From Nitrospinaceae bacterium (lineage in GTDB: Bacteria > Nitrospinota > Nitrospinia > Nitrospinales > Nitrospinaceae), in NCBI GenBank assembly GCA_965223665.1, contig OZ245011.1, positions 3,488,001-3,552,000 on the forward strand: a stretch of DNA of 64,000 nucleotides. Direction: 5' to 3'. Shown here one piece after another: positions 59,803 through 64,000 of this stretch (its first letter is position 1; every line of letters begins with the position of its first letter). Both the position numbers and the translations under genes were made by a program. The notes below the pieces were generated by a model. It saw only the letters and a program-made list of their open reading frames with translations, had not been told where the DNA came from and made no database searches.

Positions 59803-60975
59803 ATGAAAACTTTAACTGCTAAATCTTTAGCCAACAAATCGTTCGAGAAAAAAATTAAAGGTAAATCAGGATATATTCCGGACCACATTATTGAGCTGGC
59901 TTGCCATCAAGGATTAATACGAACTGAAAGCACTTTATGGGATAGCCAAATTCAACCGGTGAGTTTAGATTTGCGTTTAGGCGAACGGGCTTATCGTATT
60001 CAAAGTAGTTTTTTACCTGAAAATGAAACCGTAGATGCTAAGCTTCGGGATCTTTTACTTTATGAAATTGATATTCGGGATGGGGGTATTTTGGAGAAAG
60101 GGGCTATTTATTTAATTCCTCTTGCTGAAGAATTAGAACTTCCTCCTACAGTTTATGGTTGTACCAACCCGAAAAGCTCTACCGGCCGATTAGATATGTT
60201 CACTCGTGTAATTATTGACAGAGGACATCGCTTTGATGAAATTTCTCCGGGTTATAAGGGAAAGTTGTTTTTGGAAGTAATTTGTAGATCTTTTCCTGTC
60301 CGGGTTAAAGAAGGTATCACTTTAAATCAGTTACGCTTAGTTCAAGGGGATCCGGATCTTTCTGATTCGAAATTTAGGGCATATTTCAAAAAGAAACCTA
60401 TTTTATATGGAAAAAGTGGCGCTCCCTTAAAAGTGGATCAAGTCAAAATTGAAAATGGGCTTTATATTAGTGTGGATTTACAGGGAAGCGGGAAAAATCC
60501 GATAGTCGCCTATAAGGCGAAAACGAATAGCAGTGTTATTGATCTTACCCGGACGAATTATTATAACCCGGAAGACTTTTGGGAGCCGGTCCATCTTCAA
60601 AAGAAAAATAGGCTTATTTTAGAACCAGAAAGTTTCTATATTATGATGTCTCAAGAAAAAATATGTATTTGGCCAGATCTTGTGGGTGAAATGGTCGCTT
60701 ATGAACCGAATAGCGGAGAATTGCGAACCCACTATGCAGGATTCTTCGACCCTGGGTTTGGATGGCATGGGGGTTCGCAAATAAAGGGGCAGGGAACCCG
60801 TGCGGTAATGGAAGTCAGGCCGCATGATGTGCCATTTATGATTGAGGATGGGCAAACATTTTGTCGATTAAAGTTTGAAAAAATTCTATCTAAACCAAAC
60901 CGAGTTTACGGCAGAAAAATATCCTCACACTATCATTCCCAAGAATTAGCCCTAAGCAAATATTTTAAGAGTTAA
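59803..60975 (+). CDS. dcd: dCTP deaminase, long two-domain type
   Basis: IQPVSLDLRLG, NPKSSTGRLD.FTR, GELRTHYAGFFDPGFG, EVRPHDVPF. Confidence 0.87.
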   Translation: MKTLTAKSLANKSFEKKIKGKSGYIPDHIIELACHQGLIRTESTLWDSQIQPVSLDLRLGERAYRIQSSFLPENETVDAKLRDLLLYEIDIRDGGILEKGAIYLIPLAEELELPPTVYGCTNPKSSTGRLDMFTRVIIDRGHRFDEISPGYKGKLFLEVICRSFPVRVKEGITLNQLRLVQGDPDLSDSKFRAYFKKKPILYGKSGAPLKVDQVKIENGLYISVDLQGSGKNPIVAYKAKTNSSVIDLTRTNYYNPEDFWEPVHLQKKNRLILEPESFYIMMSQEKICIWPDLVGEMVAYEPNSGELRTHYAGFFDPGFGWHGGSQIKGQGTRAVMEVRPHDVPFMIEDGQTFCRLKFEKILSKPNRVYGRKISSHYHSQELALSKYFKS

Positions 60976-61043
60976 GTCATTAATAAATCTTTGCGGTCCT
61001 CAAATAATCCCGATAAAATAAAAACCTGACAGAGGAATAAACT

Positions 61044-61712
61044 GTGGAACGAAACGAATTAAAAGCAATCCTGGAAAATCTCCTTTTGGCGGCAGATACT
61101 CCTATCAGCATCGATGAACTGCAGCAAGTTTTTATTAATGGTGTAGATAAGGGAGAGTTGCAGGCTTCCATGGAAGAACTGCAGCAGGATTATAATGCGA
61201 ATAATTTACAAATTATTGAAGTGGCGGAAGGTTTCCAACTTTGTACTCGCCAAGAATATTCTGAATGGATCCGAAAGTTTTTTAAATTAGATAAAACATT
61301 CCGTCTTTCGCAACCTGCTTTAGATACCTTATCTATTATTGCCTATAAACAACCCATTACTCGTGTAGAAGTCGAGGAAATTCGTGGTGTAGATTGTAAT
61401 GGCGTGATTAAAACATTATTGGAAAAAAAGATCATTGGTACTGCAGGGCGTAAGGATGTTCCAGGTAAACCCATAATGTATAAAACTACACCTAAGTTTT
61501 TAGAATACTTTGCATTAAAAGATTTAAACGAACTACCTACCTTAGATGATTTTAATGAAGAAATTGAGGGAGAAGATAGTCCCGTTCAAGCTGAATTGTT
61601 TAATGAAAATGAACCTCCAAAAACCTCAGGAAATGGCCACAGTCAAGAGGTAGAATCGGGAAAACCTTCGCAGGAAGAGTTGAATCCTGAGGGTGATTTA
61701 AAAAGCGAATAA
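61044..61712 (+). CDS. scpB: SMC-Scp complex subunit ScpB
   Basis: LSQPALDTLSIIAYKQPITR..E.IRGV, GR…PG.P..Y.TT..FL..F.L..L.ELP. Confidence 0.95.
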   Translation: MERNELKAILENLLLAADTPISIDELQQVFINGVDKGELQASMEELQQDYNANNLQIIEVAEGFQLCTRQEYSEWIRKFFKLDKTFRLSQPALDTLSIIAYKQPITRVEVEEIRGVDCNGVIKTLLEKKIIGTAGRKDVPGKPIMYKTTPKFLEYFALKDLNELPTLDDFNEEIEGEDSPVQAELFNENEPPKTSGNGHSQEVESGKPSQEELNPEGDLKSE

Positions 61713-61737
61713 TATCTCTTCTTTATTCAAAATAATT

Positions 61738-62469
61738 ATGGCAATGCGACTCCAAAAAATTATTTCCCTTGCAGGAATTGCTTCACGCCGTGAGGCTGAA
61801 AGACTGATTGACCAGGGCAAAGTTACTGTTAATGGAGCGGTCATTCGCCAGCAAGGCTGTTTAGCCGACCCCGAAAAAGATAAAATAAAAGTGCTGGGAC
61901 GTTTGGTTCCCATGCCGGAAAAAAAAGTTTATGTGGTGTTTAATAAACCACGTGGTTGTTTAACGACCACCAAGGATGACCAGGATAGACCTACTGTGAT
62001 GGATTTTATTAATAAAGTACCTGGCCGGATTTTTCCCGTGGGACGGTTGGACTTTAATACAGAAGGCCTTTTATTGCTTACCAATGACGGGAACTTATCA
62101 AAAAAATTATTGGATCCCAGTTACCAGGTTCCACGAACTTATAGGGTAAAGGTTCGGGGAATTCCTGACGCAAAGGTATTAGGAAAGCTTGCTAAAGGAA
62201 TTCCAGTGGATGGTCTACCTTCGCAACCTATGGAAGCAAGTATCTTTAGAGTAACCGGGAAAAACTCCATTCTAACTTTGACCTTGAGGGAAGGTAAAAA
62301 TCGCCATATTCGTAAGGTCTGTGAAAAAGTAAGACACCCTGTGGTTAAGATCAACCGAATTCAGTTTGGGTCTATCGACTTAACCGGTTTACCCATTGGG
62401 GCTTATCGGTTTTTGAGTCCTCTGGAAGTTCGTTCCTTAAAGTCCTTAGTCTCAAAGAAAAAAGATTAA
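61738..62469 (+). CDS. rluB: RsuA/RluB-family rRNA pseudouridine synthase
   Basis: RLQK…GIASRR.AE S4 domain, NKP.G, PVGRLD..TEGLLL.TNDG, EGKN. Follows scpB. Confidence 0.88.
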   Translation: MAMRLQKIISLAGIASRREAERLIDQGKVTVNGAVIRQQGCLADPEKDKIKVLGRLVPMPEKKVYVVFNKPRGCLTTTKDDQDRPTVMDFINKVPGRIFPVGRLDFNTEGLLLLTNDGNLSKKLLDPSYQVPRTYRVKVRGIPDAKVLGKLAKGIPVDGLPSQPMEASIFRVTGKNSILTLTLREGKNRHIRKVCEKVRHPVVKINRIQFGSIDLTGLPIGAYRFLSPLEVRSLKSLVSKKKD

Positions 62470-63521
62470 TGCTTTTGATTGCTCCACGATGGTTTTCCAT
62501 TATCAATCCTGTTCTAGGATGTTTTCTCACTTTTCTATTTATTTGGGAAAACCCAGGAATATGTTATGCGGAAATGGAATCAGGATTTAAGTATGAGGTT
62601 ACCGGTGAAGCCACGGTAAAGAAAGAAAATTATATGCGTGCCAGAAAAAAGGCAGTTAAGTTTGCTTTTCAAAATGCCCTGGAAAGAGCACTGCATGAGA
62701 TTTTGGGTGAATCCGTCGTAAACTCAAACCAAAAGAAAATTAATAGACTGTTAAGAAAAGCCAGGCATTTTGTGAAAAGTTACCGGTTTATAGAAACGAT
62801 CAATAGTCCGGTTGAAAAAATTACAAGAGTTAAGTTGGAAGTGACCTTGTTTACCAAAGCTATAAACCAACAACTGAGTTCTTTAGGAGTAATGAAATCT
62901 TTAATTAAAGAGCGAACTGTTATCATTTTAATTCATGAAAAAAGTTTATCAACTGAGACTCCTCCTGACTTTTGGGATTACACCCCAATCGCAGAGGTGG
63001 CTTTATTGCAAAACTTAACTGCTTCGGGAATCCAGGTCGTTAATCGGAATAAAGCGCGAGAATTGATTGATGAACAATCTGTAATTGATGCTGCCCAAGG
63101 GGATATTAGTTCAGCCGTTGATATTGGAATAAAAGTGGGCGCGGATATAGTAATAGTCGGAAACGCTATATCCAGCCGTGTTGGGGATTCTTCGGGTTCC
63201 TTAGAAGGTGGCATCCAATCCAGTTTGAATATAAAAGCGATTTCGGCTCTGAAATCCATGATCATTGCCGCCAAAAGTGAAATGGCTAGAGTAAATGTAA
63301 AAGATGATTTCCAAGGGGAACTTCAGGCGTTTGAATTAGCATCAAAAAAAATGGCTGGATTTTTATTGGGTGCCATGAATCGCTATTGGAACCCAGTGAT
63401 TGAACCGAATGTGGACGAATTTTCTGAAGGTAATGAAATAAATTCAATAGAACCTGAACAAACAAAACCTCCACAAGCTCCAATACAAGAAGTTACTCCA
63501 CAAATGATGGATGATTTGTAA
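62469..63521 (+). CDS. Exported protein, FlgT-N / CsgG-like alpha-beta domains (tentative)
   Basis: Signal-like N-terminus; V.GEA…AR..A…A…A (FlgT-N-like); VVNR…GADIVIVG. Confidence 0.55.
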   Translation: MLLIAPRWFSIINPVLGCFLTFLFIWENPGICYAEMESGFKYEVTGEATVKKENYMRARKKAVKFAFQNALERALHEILGESVVNSNQKKINRLLRKARHFVKSYRFIETINSPVEKITRVKLEVTLFTKAINQQLSSLGVMKSLIKERTVIILIHEKSLSTETPPDFWDYTPIAEVALLQNLTASGIQVVNRNKARELIDEQSVIDAAQGDISSAVDIGIKVGADIVIVGNAISSRVGDSSGSLEGGIQSSLNIKAISALKSMIIAAKSEMARVNVKDDFQGELQAFELASKKMAGFLLGAMNRYWNPVIEPNVDEFSEGNEINSIEPEQTKPPQAPIQEVTPQMMDDL

Positions 63522-63523
63522 CT

Positions 63524-64000
63524 ATGGAAATAGCTAATAAAAGATTATTCTATGGATTATTGATAACCACACTTTTGCTGTTTATTTTTTTATATTTTTC
63601 AAGAAGGGTGGTCACTCCTTTTTTCATTGCCTTTGCTTTGGCCTATTTATTGGATCCTTTAGTGGATCGATTGGAAGAGGCAAAAATCTCCAGAACACCC
63701 TCAGTAATCATCTTAATGGTGGGTTTTTTCCTGTTGGTATTTTTAGCAGGGATTATTTTTTTACCGCTTTTAAAAGTACAAGTGGAACATGTTGCTCAAA
63801 AATTACCAGATTATATGGGTATTTTACAGAGTTGGTTTCACCCTATCGTTGAGAACATTGCTGGTTTGGATCAAACAAAAATTAAAGAAATTCTAAAAGT
63901 GGCCAGTGATAAGCTTGGTACTTTGCCATTAGAAGTTCTTGGTTCCGCTTCTAATATTGTATGGACTTCTCTGGCCAGTTTGATGAATTTAATTTTAGTT
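63524..64000 (+). CDS. AI-2E (PerM) family transporter, 3'-truncated
   Basis: Read manually from ATG 63524: …VVTPFFIAFALAYLLDPLVDRLE…KISR…QKLPDY. Open to window end. Confidence 0.85.
   Translation, partial: MEIANKRLFYGLLITTLLLFIFLYFSRRVVTPFFIAFALAYLLDPLVDRLEEAKISRTPSVIILMVGFFLLVFLAGIIFLPLLKVQVEHVAQKLPDYMGILQSWFHPIVENIAGLDQTKIKEILKVASDKLGTLPLEVLGSASNIVWTSLASLMNLILV

Noticed and set aside
849-63483. Many short ORFs antisense to or overlapping well-supported genes (e.g. 1164-1484, 9271-9714, 34936-35259, 53017-53325)
   Set aside because: Shadow ORFs with no motifs or SD, lying within conserved genes.
1-64000. tRNA, rRNA, SRP RNA, IS elements, prophage or defence systems
   Set aside because: No recognisable sequence, terminal repeats or marker proteins were found by eye; a covariance-model scan would be needed to exclude small RNAs.

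Overview
AT-rich bacterial chromosomal window of about 58 genes, mostly housekeeping. No tRNA, rRNA, CRISPR array, transposase, integrase or prophage gene is recognisable. Gene order: efp, a tol-pal cluster, radA-ispD, a deoxyhypusine-synthase-like gene, mutY, queE, ychF, a NarK-type nitrate/nitrite porter and rng-rodA. A ~940-bp non-coding gap with clustered DnaA boxes (candidate oriC) follows. After it come rluD, moaB, queC, ffh-rpsP-khpA-rimM-trmD-SPOUT-rplS, rnhB-recJ, an ABC exporter, moeZ, pcm-amrB, cysD-cysNC, cysS and dcd-scpB-rluB. Gene content and protein style suggest a diderm deltaproteobacteria-like organism, possibly a low-GC Nitrospinota nitrite oxidiser; this is inference and was not checked. 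Most notable: (i) a Tol-Pal system whose periplasm-spanning parts all look elongated (basic TolA, Pal with a ~235-aa acidic linker, and a 616-aa periodic coiled coil in the cpoB position); (ii) an oriC candidate with no dnaA nearby; (iii) EF-P lacking the canonical modifiable Lys, with a DHS-like gene 11 kb away; (iv) a membrane-anchored TPR/type-1-copper multidomain protein; (v) MutY with a nearly intact Nudix box.
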